Of a stretch of 64,000 nt of DNA, positions 10,472 through 20,790 are shown one piece after another; within the stretch, counting starts at the first letter, position 1, and each line of letters opens with the position of its first letter. Location of the stretch: positions 165,149-229,148 of the forward strand of contig CAWEXO010000009.1 in the NCBI GenBank assembly GCA_963813025.1. Reading direction: 5' to 3'. Made by a program: the position numbers and the translations under genes. This DNA comes from an uncultured Verrucomicrobiae bacterium. GTDB taxonomy: Bacteria; Verrucomicrobiota; Verrucomicrobiia; Chthoniobacterales; JAFAMB01. The notes below the pieces were generated by a model. The model worked only from the letters and a program-made list of their open reading frames with translations. It did not search any database and had not been told where the DNA came from.

Positions 10472-11323
10472 ATGATTCTCGATGCCCATCAACACTTTTG
10501 GAAAGCTGACCGAGGCGATTATCACTGGATGACCCCAACCGTGCCTGTTCTGGCCCGCGACTACTTACCCGGTGATCTACGGCCCGAATTGCGGAAGACT
10601 GGCGTGACTAGAACGATTTTGGTTCAGGCTGCGCAAACGCTTGCCGAAACACAGTTCTTGTTGGCGCTTGCCCGCGAAACTGATTTTGTTGCCGGAGTTA
10701 TCGGATGGTTTGACCTCGAGCAAGAAGACTTTCCAGACACATTTCAACGCTGCCGCCGCGAAAACCCTTGTCTGCTCGGTGTGCGACCGATGTTGCAGGA
10801 TCTCGAGGACGACCGCTGGATTTTGCGACCGCAGGTGATCACGAACCTTCACTATCTAAGTGCGTGCAAGGTACCGTTCGAATTCCTTACCTATACCCGT
10901 CATTTGCCGAGTGTGCTGCAGGTTCTGGAGCAGGTTCCGGAATTGCCCGCTGTGGTCGATCACCTTTCGAAGCCGGAGATCAGAGCAGGGAAAATTCAAC
11001 CCTGGGCTGATCTCATACTGGAAGTAGGTAAACACTCGAAAGTCTTTTGTAAGCTTTCCGGTATGGTTACCGAGGCTGACCACCAGTACTGGTGTCCTGC
11101 ACATCTTGCTCCATACGTCGATCACGTATTGCGTTCTTTCAGTGAGGATCGCATCATGTTTGGTAGCGACTGGCCTGTTTGCTTGCTCGCGGGTAGCTAT
11201 GCCGAAGTCATCAATGCGCTTCGGACCGTTTTAGCTCCGCGGCTGACACCAGTTGGCCTCGCTAAAGCGTTTGCTGAAAACGCCGCCAGGTTTTACGGCA
11301 TCCACGGTTTGCTCGATGAGTGA
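10472..11323 (+). CDS. Amidohydrolase_2 family sugar lactonase (L-fuconolactonase-like)
   Basis: DAHQHFW, VVDHLSKP, CKLSG, MFGSDWPV. Confidence 0.85.
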   Translation: MILDAHQHFWKADRGDYHWMTPTVPVLARDYLPGDLRPELRKTGVTRTILVQAAQTLAETQFLLALARETDFVAGVIGWFDLEQEDFPDTFQRCRRENPCLLGVRPMLQDLEDDRWILRPQVITNLHYLSACKVPFEFLTYTRHLPSVLQVLEQVPELPAVVDHLSKPEIRAGKIQPWADLILEVGKHSKVFCKLSGMVTEADHQYWCPAHLAPYVDHVLRSFSEDRIMFGSDWPVCLLAGSYAEVINALRTVLAPRLTPVGLAKAFAENAARFYGIHGLLDE

Positions 11324-12302
11324 GAAAATTCTGAACCTGGGGGTGATTGGTGCGGGAATAGTCGCCGCAGGACCGTACCGGAAAGCTTTGGCCCGCCAGC
11401 CCATGATTAAAGCGACTGGTGTGGTCGATCCGGATAGCAAACGAGCGGAAGCCTTGGCGAGTGAGCTGAAGACGAGGGTTTATCCCGATTTGGATGCCCT
11501 TCTCGGCGATCCAAAGATTGATGCCGTAGCGATCTTAAATCCTAACCATCTCCATGTGGAGACCGCCTTGCGCAGCCTGCAAGCAGAGAAACACGTCCTC
11601 TTAGAGAAGCCGGTTGCCGAAACCGTTGAAGAAATTGACCGACTGCAGGCAGCTTCGAAACGGGCGGCGAGAGTCTGCATGCCTGCCCATAATTACATCT
11701 ATAATGCCAGTATAGAACGGGCGAAGCGCTTAATCGCAGAAAAGCGACTGGGCAAGATTGCAAGCGCCTGGATTCTCTACAACATCTTCCACTCGGAAGA
11801 AATCGCCAGCCGTTATGGTGGAGTATTGCGCGAGGTTTGTGTACACCACGCTTATTCATTGTTGTACCTCCTGGGCCGGCCTGCGCGGGTTGGCGCGACG
11901 GTGTCACGAGTGCATTATCAAGAACTGACCTGTGAAGACCAGGCGATGCTAACCTGCCAGATGGCAGGCGGTGCTCTGGCTCACCTCTGGGCGAGCTTTG
12001 CGGCGAGCGATCCAACGGGTGATTCTTGGACAGTCATTTACAAGATTCTCGGAACTGGCGGCGGCGTTACTTACACCTGGGACGATGCCCGGTTTGAAGA
12101 CAGTGGAGGTCCCGCTTGGGGAATCCCGAATTACCTGGATGGCTTTTCGAACGAACTGGACTTTTTTGTGCGTCGAGCCATTGCTAACAGCGAAGCGCCC
12201 CTTTCCACCCTCGCCGACGCTCGAGATGCCATTTGTATCATCGAAGCTGCCGAGCATTCCTTGAGTCGTTTCGGTGCCGCCGTTGAAGTAAATTATCGTT
12301 AG
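11316..12302 (+). CDS. Gfo/Idh/MocA oxidoreductase
   Basis: GVIGAG Rossmann motif, HVLLEKP. Confidence 0.88.
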   Translation: MSEKILNLGVIGAGIVAAGPYRKALARQPMIKATGVVDPDSKRAEALASELKTRVYPDLDALLGDPKIDAVAILNPNHLHVETALRSLQAEKHVLLEKPVAETVEEIDRLQAASKRAARVCMPAHNYIYNASIERAKRLIAEKRLGKIASAWILYNIFHSEEIASRYGGVLREVCVHHAYSLLYLLGRPARVGATVSRVHYQELTCEDQAMLTCQMAGGALAHLWASFAASDPTGDSWTVIYKILGTGGGVTYTWDDARFEDSGGPAWGIPNYLDGFSNELDFFVRRAIANSEAPLSTLADARDAICIIEAAEHSLSRFGAAVEVNYR

Positions 12303-12307
12303 CAATT

Positions 12308-13480
12308 ATGGGATCGACGATCACTCGGGTTCAGGTTCATGAATTTCGGTATGAAGTAAATGACCTTGGGATGGACGCCGGCGGGTTTGACTTTGTATAT
12401 CTTCCCGCTCACCGCCAAGCAATTACCAAGGCCGCCATTGTCATCGAGACAGCGGATGGTGCGAAGGGCGAGTATGTCGGTTTATGGGGCGCAACACCGA
12501 TGGCGCTCGCCCAAACGATTATGCTGGCGCCGCATCTTCTCGGCAGAGACAGCTTTCAGCGAGAGCTCATTTATGACGAATTCAAAAGAGCGCTGCGTCA
12601 GTACGATCATATGGGCCACGGAATGATCGATATCTGTCTTTGGGACCTGGCTGGAAAACAGCTCGACGCTTCCGTCTCAACCTTGCTGGGCGGTTATCGA
12701 TCCCGCCTTCCGGCTTATGCGAGCACATTGCATGGCGATCGCCATGGCGGCTTATCTTCCAAAGAAGCATACGCCGATTTCGCGATCCAATGTCGGCAGA
12801 TCGGCTATCGAGCTTTCAAGATCCATGGGTGGTATGACGGTAATCCCAGGGAAGAGGCGGCAACAATTGAGCACGTTCGCAAGAGCGTCGGAGACGAGAT
12901 GGTGCTGATGTTAGATCCCGCTTGCCAGATACGCACTTTTCTCGATGCACTGGCGGTTGGAAAGGCATGTGATCAGGCCAACTTTCTTTGGTTGGAAGAT
13001 CCTTTTCGGGATACTGGCGTTTCCCAGTTTGCTCACCGAAGATTACGCCAGCTCATCAAAACGCCGATTCTCTGCTCTGAACACGTTCGCGGCCTCGAGC
13101 CAAAAGCGGATTTCGTTATAAACGGCGGAACGGATATCTTGCGGACAGATCCGGAGTACGACATGGGAATAACTGGTGCCTTGAAAATAGCGCATTTGGC
13201 TGAAGCGCTAGGTCTTGATGTCGAGGTGCACGCCGCCGGCCCAGCACACCGGCATTGTATGGCGGCGATTCGGAATACCAACTATTACGAACTCGCCTTG
13301 GTTGGTCCGAAGTGCCGAAACCCTTTGCCGGATGTGTATTCTTGTAACTATTCAGATCAGTTGGATTGCATCGGCCCGGACGGCTGTGTTCCAGTGCCTG
13401 ATGGGCCTGGCTTGGGAGTCAATTACAATTGGGATTTCATTGCGAGTCATCGCTTTGCCCTTCACGAGTTCCGGGCTTAA
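12308..13480 (+). CDS. Enolase superfamily (mandelate racemase-like) probable sugar-acid dehydratase/isomerase
   Basis: DICLWDLAGK, FKIHG, LMLDP, WLEDP, PDGPGLG. Confidence 0.88.
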   Translation: MGSTITRVQVHEFRYEVNDLGMDAGGFDFVYLPAHRQAITKAAIVIETADGAKGEYVGLWGATPMALAQTIMLAPHLLGRDSFQRELIYDEFKRALRQYDHMGHGMIDICLWDLAGKQLDASVSTLLGGYRSRLPAYASTLHGDRHGGLSSKEAYADFAIQCRQIGYRAFKIHGWYDGNPREEAATIEHVRKSVGDEMVLMLDPACQIRTFLDALAVGKACDQANFLWLEDPFRDTGVSQFAHRRLRQLIKTPILCSEHVRGLEPKADFVINGGTDILRTDPEYDMGITGALKIAHLAEALGLDVEVHAAGPAHRHCMAAIRNTNYYELALVGPKCRNPLPDVYSCNYSDQLDCIGPDGCVPVPDGPGLGVNYNWDFIASHRFALHEFRA

Positions 13481-13634
13481 GCCGCCGTCGCATGAGCTTC
13501 CAGCTATTCGTGCCTCAGATCGGGACCATTCGTGACTGCGGGCTTCCAGTGACTCCTATCAGCCGCGACCTGCCGTACGTGTCGGACTTTGGGATCTGTA
13601 GCGCTCCATCAAGCGATTGGTCGCACGAGCGCTC

Positions 13635-15031
13635 CTAAGAAACTAAATCCGTTGCTGGCTCTAAAGGCGTGAGTTGGAAGCCGAATTCTTTAGCTCGTTT
13701 GCTGAGATTGTGAAGTAGGCGGTCTTTGTACTTTTCTTCATAGTAGGTTTGGCCTTGCTCGACGTAGGCGGCGCCGAACTTGAGCATGCGATAGAACAAG
13801 CGTGCGAGTTTGTGAGCCCCGGCGTTAATGGCCGTGGGTGCGCCCAGTCGGGCTTTGATGCGGCGGATAAAGGCCCCAATGGCGGTCTTGCTTTGCATCG
13901 CTCCTTGGGCCGCCAGGCGGAACATCGCCGCGGCGCGATTCTTGGTTTTTCTGGGTCTGGAACTGAGAAGTTTGCCTCCGCTGATGCGATTGTCCGGGCA
14001 GAGTTTGAGCCAGGAACAAAAGTGTTTTTCGCTTTTCCAACAGTTCATGTCTAAACCCGTTTCGCGAAATGATGACTTCCACCGCCAGGGTGCTCAAGCC
14101 AGGCAGACGAGTCAGATCGACTCCGCAAACGCTGGCCAGATAGGCTTGACGTTGCAGTTGCCAGGCGAACTTGGGCCGAACGTGCTTTCAAAGCGCCGCT
14201 TTGCTCGAGGAATTTGTTCAAAATCGAGTTTGGTCTCGAATTGCTCAAGTTGTTGCTCAATCTTGTTTTCACATTCGGTGATCTTAAGCTGATAGGCATC
14301 ATAGAGTTCGAGCGCCGTTTGCAAGGCGAAGAGATGCTCGGCTCGGTAATCTCCTTCTAAAGCCTTAACGATCTGTTCGGTGGATGCCTTGACTTGAGGG
14401 TGTTTCATCTGGGCAAGCTTGAGCGCATCGCGTTCTCCGGCCAAGATCGCCCGAATCATGGCCATACCGGTGTAGCCGGTGATGTCGCTCAAGACTCGAT
14501 GGATTTGGATGTTCATTTCGGTTAAGGCCTTCTGCATGCGTAAAACATGGCTGCTGCAGTCTTTGACTAAGGTGTCACGCAGGCGCAGAAAGCTGCGCAA
14601 AATGCAGACTTCGTCCTTTGGTCGGAACGAGCCGTTTAAAAGCCCAAAGGTGTGGAACTGTTGAAGCCATTGGCAGTCGGAGACATCGCTTTTGCGACCG
14701 GGCAGATTCTTCACATGAGCAGCATTGACCAATTTTACCTCCAAGCCTCTCTGCTCCAGAATCTGGAATACCGGAATCCAATAAACCCCGGTTGATTCCA
14801 TCACCACCGTCTCAATGTGATGTTCATTGAGCCAGTCGGCTAGCCGGTGCAGATCGCTGGTAAAAGGGCCAAACTTACGGATATTTTCCTCGAGCTGCGA
14901 TCTTCGGGAATGGCCACGAGGTGAAAATTGGCTCCGATATCGATTCCTGCAGCATTGAGATTGATCCGTTCGAGAACATTTTTGCGGGCTTTTGATTTGC
15001 CCTTGCGGCTGGTCGTGGTTTTCTTTGCCAT
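13635..15031 (-). pseudogene. IS110 DEDD recombinase, split by about 3 frameshifts
   Basis: AGIDIG, VMESTGVYW, GRKSDVSDCQWL, RISGG Ser loop, AHKLARLFY. Confidence 0.88.
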
Positions 15032-15064
15032 ACGTATCTTCGGGCTTAAGATGTTGTTTTTACT

Positions 15065-15300
15065 TTCAAAGCGCAGCGCATCGGCCCGAGTTGGTGATAT
15101 TTGAGATAAATCTCCTAAACAGGATAGCTCCAGATCGGCTAGCCACCGATCTGGAGCTTCGCTAATGCAACAACCAAATCGCTCGGAACCAAACTAGCTA
15201 TCGGGCATGAAGCTCCAATGCCGTACATCGGTCTTAACTGCCGACCCACTGCTGCCTACTCTCGTACAACAAGTGCCCGAGGCGATCAAACCAACGTTTC
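15065..15300 (-). ncRNA. Candidate IS110 bridge/seek RNA
   Basis: Structured non-coding end (13-bp hairpin 15126-15158) containing CTCCTAA and AACTAGCT, both matching the element ends. Confidence 0.55.
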
Positions 15301-15339
15301 TTGCCGCAACAAGAACCCGCAGGAGTTCTGGGGAACTAG

Positions 15340-15537
15340 CTAGAGATCGTCTCAGAATGCCGCACTGTCCTGCGCTGGTAGGGCGAAAATTTATTCGAGC
15401 GCAGGCGAGAACTTGTTTGAGCCATCTGGAGCGGGTGGCTCACCCAAGCGTCTGGCTCAAACAAGTTCTCGCCAAGGCTCGAATAAATTTTCGCCCTACC
15501 GGCGCAGGACCAAAAACGCGTTGAGACATGTCTCTAG
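15340..15537. repeat. MITE/REPIN-like ~200-bp palindrome containing family A copy 2
   Basis: CTAGAGA..GTCTCA and TGAGAC..TCTCTAG ends; GGTAGGGCG..CGCCCTACC inner arms. Confidence 0.8.
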
Positions 15538-16510
15538 CTAAGTACTCACGTTCGGAATTACGGTGACGTATTTCGTCAGGCTGCTCGAGCCAGCCGTTTG
15601 ACGGCGATCTTGGCCAGAAGACATTGAGATCGCGGCGGGTGAAGGTCCAATTGAAGGGCGATGCCGAGCGCTTTTGACTTCACAGCGGCCGAAGACTCTT
15701 CTCGATGGACATCCCAGGCTGCCAGATAGGTCCAGGCACCCATGCGGAAGTACTCATGCTCGACGTGCCTCGGGCGAGTGGGCGCCGGCGGTAGCGTCGG
15801 TTGTTTTCGGCGGCGGGATTGAATACTGGTCTTTTCGTCTGCGCAGATGACGTAATCATCGGCACCCAGTGGAGCGCCCTCCCAGACACGTTGGTAAAGA
15901 TCGAGGATGGGTCCGGCTTTTCCGGCAAAGTCCGGATCGCGGGGGAAGATCCAGCTTCGATGTTTCCAGGGGCGAAGGGCATCGCTGCTCTAACCAGCGC
16001 CACAAAGTAGCGCCGCTGATCTCAGCGACCAGGCCTTGCGAAATAACGTGCTGGCGGGTTTCCTCAACCGAGAGCCGAGACAATGGGAGCCCGAGGGTGT
16101 AAGGAAGCTCGCAGGCGAGTGCCTTAACCTGAACGATGAGACCGGGGGGAAAAGCGGGCCTTACGCCCGCCTCGAGGCTGCGCCTCAAGGCCAGGCAATC
16201 GGGCAAAGGCGAATCGCTTACGCCACTTGCTGACAATCTGACGCGGCGTATCCAGCCGGGACGCGATCACGTCATTGGAGAGTCCTTCATCTGCGAGGAG
16301 GATGATTTTGGCACGGATCACATCACAATACGATGACGTATATTTCCTTGCCATTGATTCCAGCGTCTGTCGCTCCTCGCTGGAAAGATTCACATTAAGT
16401 GGGCTTTTTCTTGGCATTAGGGACACTATTCCTCTGATGCAAGCCTATCAGATTACGTCACCGATTCGACTCTAAAATACGTCACCGTATTTCCGAATAG
16501 TTGTACTTAG
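15538..16510 (-). mobile_element. IS630-family element, internally deleted
   Basis: TIRs CTAAGTAC..TTCGGAA.TACGGTGACGTAT at both ends; HTH ORF 16124-16417 (RAKIILLA..VSKWRKRF); slippery TTTTCCCCCC; ISADEKTSIQ remains but later DDE residues are missing. Confidence 0.85.
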
Positions 16511-16631
16511 CCAGCGGTCACAACTAACGGGGATTTCTCGCAACGGAGGTCGAGGTGCGATTGTATTCGCCATGCTGCGAAAAGAAAATCGGGTCTTGAT
16601 TAAAACGATAAAAAATGTCGTTATGGATTCG

Positions 16632-17275
16632 ATGGCAGATTACCGCATCAAAGTTCTCGCGGATCATCGTGAATCCGCGTCGGGGGTGCTCGATTTTTTG
16701 CAGGCCTTACCTGGGACTATTGTCGAGATCACTACCCTCTCGACCGGCGACTATCTCGTTGCCGATCAGGTACTCTTTGAACGTAAGACTGCGACCGATT
16801 TTGCGGCATCATTAGTCGATGGACGGCTTTTCTCGCAGGCCGCCGCCTGGTCAAGCAACCGTTGCGGGCCGCTTATGTCATTGAGGGAACAGCAACCGAT
16901 TGGCTTACGCTTGGTATCCGCCGTGAGTCGCTGCAGGGTGCGTTGATCACACTAAGTTTGATTTTCGATCTGAATGTCTTTCGTTCCTCTACTCCTCAGG
17001 AAACGGCTCAGCTGCTTTTGTATGCCGGCCGGCAATTTGCCCGGATTCATTTTGCCGAACCGCCCGCCTATCGAATTCAAAAAGCAAAGCGATTGCGCAC
17101 CCGGCAGCTGCGGGTGCTTCAGGCCCTGCCGGGGGTCGGACAAGATCGATCGCGAAGTTTGCTCGATCACTTCGGCAGTCTGCGAGCGTGTCTTGCCGCT
17201 TCTGTCGATGAGCTTACTCAAGTACCCGGAATCGGAGAGAAAACGGCGGCCGGCATCTGCAAGGTGCTGGGGTAG
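16632..17275 (+). CDS. ERCC4/XPF-like nuclease with HhH tail, one frameshift near 16845
   Basis: ADHRE, GDYL, FERKTATDFAASLVDGRLFSQ, VIEG, LPGVG and VPGIGEK HhH motifs. Confidence 0.8.
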
Positions 17276-17643
17276 AGAGATCATGGCAAGCGGCCAATGG
17301 ACCGACGGGAGCCGGTCCCTACCGACGCACAGCTATCACAGTGTGTAGGGACGAGCTCACCCCGGCCCTAACTAACTAGACTAGTTAGTCCACAGCAAAT
17401 GGTCAAACTCCCTGATACTCACGGTCCCTCGAAAGTTGCCGCAAGGTATAATGTCGGCCTAGTCGAATCGCTTTCCAGCAGCTCTTTGTTATCCCAGATG
17501 CCGTGAACACGGAAACCCTTCGAGCGGAGCAAGTACTCAAGCTCGCCGAGAAAGAACACGCGATAACAACAGTAAGCCTCGACGCCTCGACGATACTTTC
17601 TCCCTCGATTTCCCAGTCGATAGAGGACGTTGCGTGTACTTGG

Positions 17644-17796
17644 AGAGAGCTAAGAACCGCCGGTGAGATGATCGGCGATTTCGACATTTTGATCGCCGCT
17701 ACCGCCCTGCATTTTCAAATTCCGCTGGTTACGCGGGATATTCGCCAATTTCGCCGGATCCGAAACCTTCGATTCGAAGAGTATCGAGCCGATTAA
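17644..17796 (+). pseudogene. vapC: C-terminal fragment of a VapC PIN toxin, near-copy of 568-720
   Basis: ELRTAGEMIGDFDILIAATALHFQIPLVTRD..RRIRNLRF is nearly identical to the first vapC. Confidence 0.85.
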
Positions 17797-17913
17797 CTTC
17801 TTGGTTTCGAACGACGTAGCATCGGCATCCTGCCGGTCCGAAAACCTGACAAGCTGGAAGTTTATTCCACCGTGCCGTGGCAATGCTCATCGACTTTGGC
17901 TATTGGTTATCGG

Positions 17914-18915
17914 CTATTTGATTTCCAGCCGGACCGGCTGCTGGTCTCGTGCCGACTCATAGGCCGCCAAGGCAACTCTTAAGGCCTCGTACCCGTCTTT
18001 CCAGGTGACCTGGGGTTTACGTTTCTGTCGAATGCTCGCAATAAATTCTTCAAGCATCGCGAGGTTCGGATCGGGACCGAAACCAACCCAGCAGGGGTTT
18101 CGAGAAGAGCGCTCCGAGTAGAGAGTCACGTATTGAGCAAAACTGTCCATCACCGCCAAGCCGTTCTCTCCGACTACTTCCATCTTCAGGTGCCCCCAAC
18201 GAGGATAGGAAGCCGGACGGCTCCAGCTGCAATCGATGCAGGCGTGGACGCCGTTGGAAAGAGTGAGCAACAAAAATCCCGCCGTATCAACGGCCAATTC
18301 TTCTCGCTGAAAAAGGTTATCTACTTCGGCGTAAACCTCGACTACCTCCGCGCCGAAATACCAGCGGAGCAGGTCGACCAGATGCACGGTGTGGTCCATT
18401 ACCGCACCGCCACCAGCTAGTTCCCTGTCCGCAAACCAGGCTCGGTGGCGTGCTGGATTCTCGCTGTGATTAACCCCGTTCACACCGAGCACAGCCCCGA
18501 GCTCACCGCTCCGGATCATGCGACGGACGACTTGAGTCGAGGGCGCAAAACGCATCGGAAAAGCGGTCATGAAGTGCACTCCGCTCTGCCGGCAAGCCGC
18601 CAGCATCGAGCCCGCGTCGGAAAGATGGGTCGCGATCGGTTTTTCGCATAAGACGTTGCTCTTGGCCTCAGCCGCCATTTGTACCAGCTCCCGATGACGC
18701 GCGCTCTCCGAACAGATCAAAACGCCCTCAAGTCCTTCTGCCAAAAGGTCACGATGCCGCGGGAACCAGTGCAGCCCAGATTCCTCCGCGACTCGACGCC
18801 CGAGGTCTCGATTCTCTTCCGAAAATCCGACGAGCTCAGCCTCTGGAAGTGTTTTGATGAGAGCTGCGTAATGGTCGGCATGAACATGAGCGAAACTGAG
18901 AATGCCAAGGCGCAT
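17914..18915 (-). CDS. Gfo/Idh/MocA oxidoreductase
   Basis: NVLCEKPIA, GGGAVMDHTVH. Confidence 0.9.
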   Translation of the reverse strand: MRLGILSFAHVHADHYAALIKTLPEAELVGFSEENRDLGRRVAEESGLHWFPRHRDLLAEGLEGVLICSESARHRELVQMAAEAKSNVLCEKPIATHLSDAGSMLAACRQSGVHFMTAFPMRFAPSTQVVRRMIRSGELGAVLGVNGVNHSENPARHRAWFADRELAGGGAVMDHTVHLVDLLRWYFGAEVVEVYAEVDNLFQREELAVDTAGFLLLTLSNGVHACIDCSWSRPASYPRWGHLKMEVVGENGLAVMDSFAQYVTLYSERSSRNPCWVGFGPDPNLAMLEEFIASIRQKRKPQVTWKDGYEALRVALAAYESARDQQPVRLEIK

Positions 18916-18924
18916 AAATGAGGC

Positions 18925-19929
18925 TCAAACGGTTGCTGACCTGCCAGTAGACAGCGATTCTTTCACCGCCAAGGCGATTCGCAGAGCCTGGAACGCGTCA
19001 TCGGCTGTTAACTCAAAAGGTGATCCGGACTCGATAGCACTATACGCGTGGCGGATTTCCGCGGTGTAGGGATCTTCCGAAAGGTCGGACAGCGGCAAGC
19101 CCACGGATTCTGCTTCACCGGATCTTGATCTTGGCGGGAAAAACGTCTGAACCGCCGGCGCCTGATCCGAATGCCACTCGACAAGGCCGCCTGATCCCGC
19201 GAGGTCTATCGCGGTACGAAAAACTCCTGGTGGGTTAGCCCACCCTCCCTCGACGAGAGCCAAAGCACCGCTCTGGAAGCGCAGGATAGCTTGCACATAC
19301 TGCGCCGGGCCAGTTGCGGATTGCCCTCTTCGGGCGTAGACCCGTTTTACCTCTCCGGCCAGCCAGCGGGCATAATCGAAATCGTGGATCATCAGATCGA
19401 CGACCATGCCGCCCGAGCGGTTCTCATCAAGATACCAGTTGTCGTGAGGCGATCCTGCTCCCGCGTCTGGGATCCGCGGCGGATAAGCCACGCGTTTAAG
19501 ACGTACCACCCCTAGCTGGCCAAGTTGGCCGCCGGTGACGAGTTCTCTCGCTAAACGGTACTGCGGGAAGAACCGCACGACCATTCCGACAAAGAGGCGA
19601 ACTCCAGCTTGCTCGCAGCCATGGATCATCGCGGCGGCGTCTTGGAGCGTGACAGAGATCGGTTTTTCGCAAATCACGTGACGGTGGGCGTTGGCCGCCT
19701 CCAAAACCATCGATTTGTGCAGAAAAGTCGGTAGGCAAATATCCACGATATCGACGGAGTCCAAGAGCTTGGCCCGGTCGGTAAAGCCGCGGATATTGTG
19801 ACGTTTGGCCAAGTCATCTCGCTGAGCAGCATGCAGCGACGTACAGCCTACCAGCTCGGCATCGGTGCTGCGCCAGGCGGTCGCATGGATTTCGCCCATC
19901 GTTCCCGTGCCGATAATGCCAACGCGCAT
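18925..19929 (-). CDS. Gfo/Idh/MocA oxidoreductase
   Basis: GIIGTGTMG, HVICEKP, DLMIHDFD. Confidence 0.9.
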   Translation of the reverse strand: MRVGIIGTGTMGEIHATAWRSTDAELVGCTSLHAAQRDDLAKRHNIRGFTDRAKLLDSVDIVDICLPTFLHKSMVLEAANAHRHVICEKPISVTLQDAAAMIHGCEQAGVRLFVGMVVRFFPQYRLARELVTGGQLGQLGVVRLKRVAYPPRIPDAGAGSPHDNWYLDENRSGGMVVDLMIHDFDYARWLAGEVKRVYARRGQSATGPAQYVQAILRFQSGALALVEGGWANPPGVFRTAIDLAGSGGLVEWHSDQAPAVQTFFPPRSRSGEAESVGLPLSDLSEDPYTAEIRHAYSAIESGSPFELTADDAFQALRIALAVKESLSTGRSATV

Positions 19930-19948
19930 AGATTGGAAAACGGCAGGT

Positions 19949-20785
19949 TTATTTCAGCGCTCCCGCCGTGATACCCCGAATGAGTTGTCGCGAGAAGATG
20001 AGGTACAGGAGCACCGGAGGCAGGATCGCGAGTGTCAGTGCCGCTAATACTGAGGTGTAGTCGTTCGCAAACTCGCCCAGGAACGTCTGCGCGCCCAGGA
20101 CCAATGTCTTGGTCGATTCCCCCGGTGCCAGGATCAAGGGGAACCACAGATCGTTCCAAATAGGTATCATTGATATCGCTAAGACTGACCCGAGCGCCGG
20201 CCGAACTAAGGGGAGGATCAGCCAGTAAATGCGATATTCGCTCGCGCCATCAATGCGAGCCGCGTCTTTGAGATCTCGCGGCAACTGTCTCATGAAGATC
20301 GTCAAAATGAATACTGCCAGCGGAATACCCTGGGCCGTGTAAACCAGAATCAGCGACCAGAGTGTATTAGCCAGGTGGAGACCGACGATCAGCCGTAAGA
20401 TGCCAATGGTGCCGAGCCGGATGGGCACCATGATTCCGATCGCCAGGTAAAGGCCGGTTAAAGTATTCAGCCGGAACCTGTACTCCGCCAAAGCAAAACC
20501 GGCGAGTGAACTTACCCACAGGATGAGCACGAGAGCACCAACGGTTACCACAAAGCTGTTGAAGAAATATAGATCAAAGCGGCTACCCGCGAAAAGGTTC
20601 TGGTATCCGTCCAATGTAAAAGTCTGAGCGTTGGGCAAGCTATAAGGTGCACTAAATATAGCGAGGCGGTCTTTGAACGAGTTAACGAAGGTGAGCAGAA
20701 TCGGGAAGAGAGCCAGGGCCGAGTAACTTAAGAGGACGAGGTGGATGGCACCGACACGGAAAGCCTTTAGGCCGAACTTTGCCAT
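19949..20785 (-). CDS. Carbohydrate (CUT1) ABC permease
   Basis: DAARIDGAS EAA loop, IWNDLWFPL. Confidence 0.92.
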   Translation of the reverse strand: MAKFGLKAFRVGAIHLVLLSYSALALFPILLTFVNSFKDRLAIFSAPYSLPNAQTFTLDGYQNLFAGSRFDLYFFNSFVVTVGALVLILWVSSLAGFALAEYRFRLNTLTGLYLAIGIMVPIRLGTIGILRLIVGLHLANTLWSLILVYTAQGIPLAVFILTIFMRQLPRDLKDAARIDGASEYRIYWLILPLVRPALGSVLAISMIPIWNDLWFPLILAPGESTKTLVLGAQTFLGEFANDYTSVLAALTLAILPPVLLYLIFSRQLIRGITAGALK

Positions 20786-20790
20786 TGCTT

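Larger units (their letters stand above)
13632..15341 (-). mobile_element. IS110-family element with long left non-coding end, inserted at a (G)CT core
   Basis: GCT at 13631-13633 and 15339-15341; joining the flanks restores the sequence seen uninterrupted at 40916-40975; no TIRs. Confidence 0.9.
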
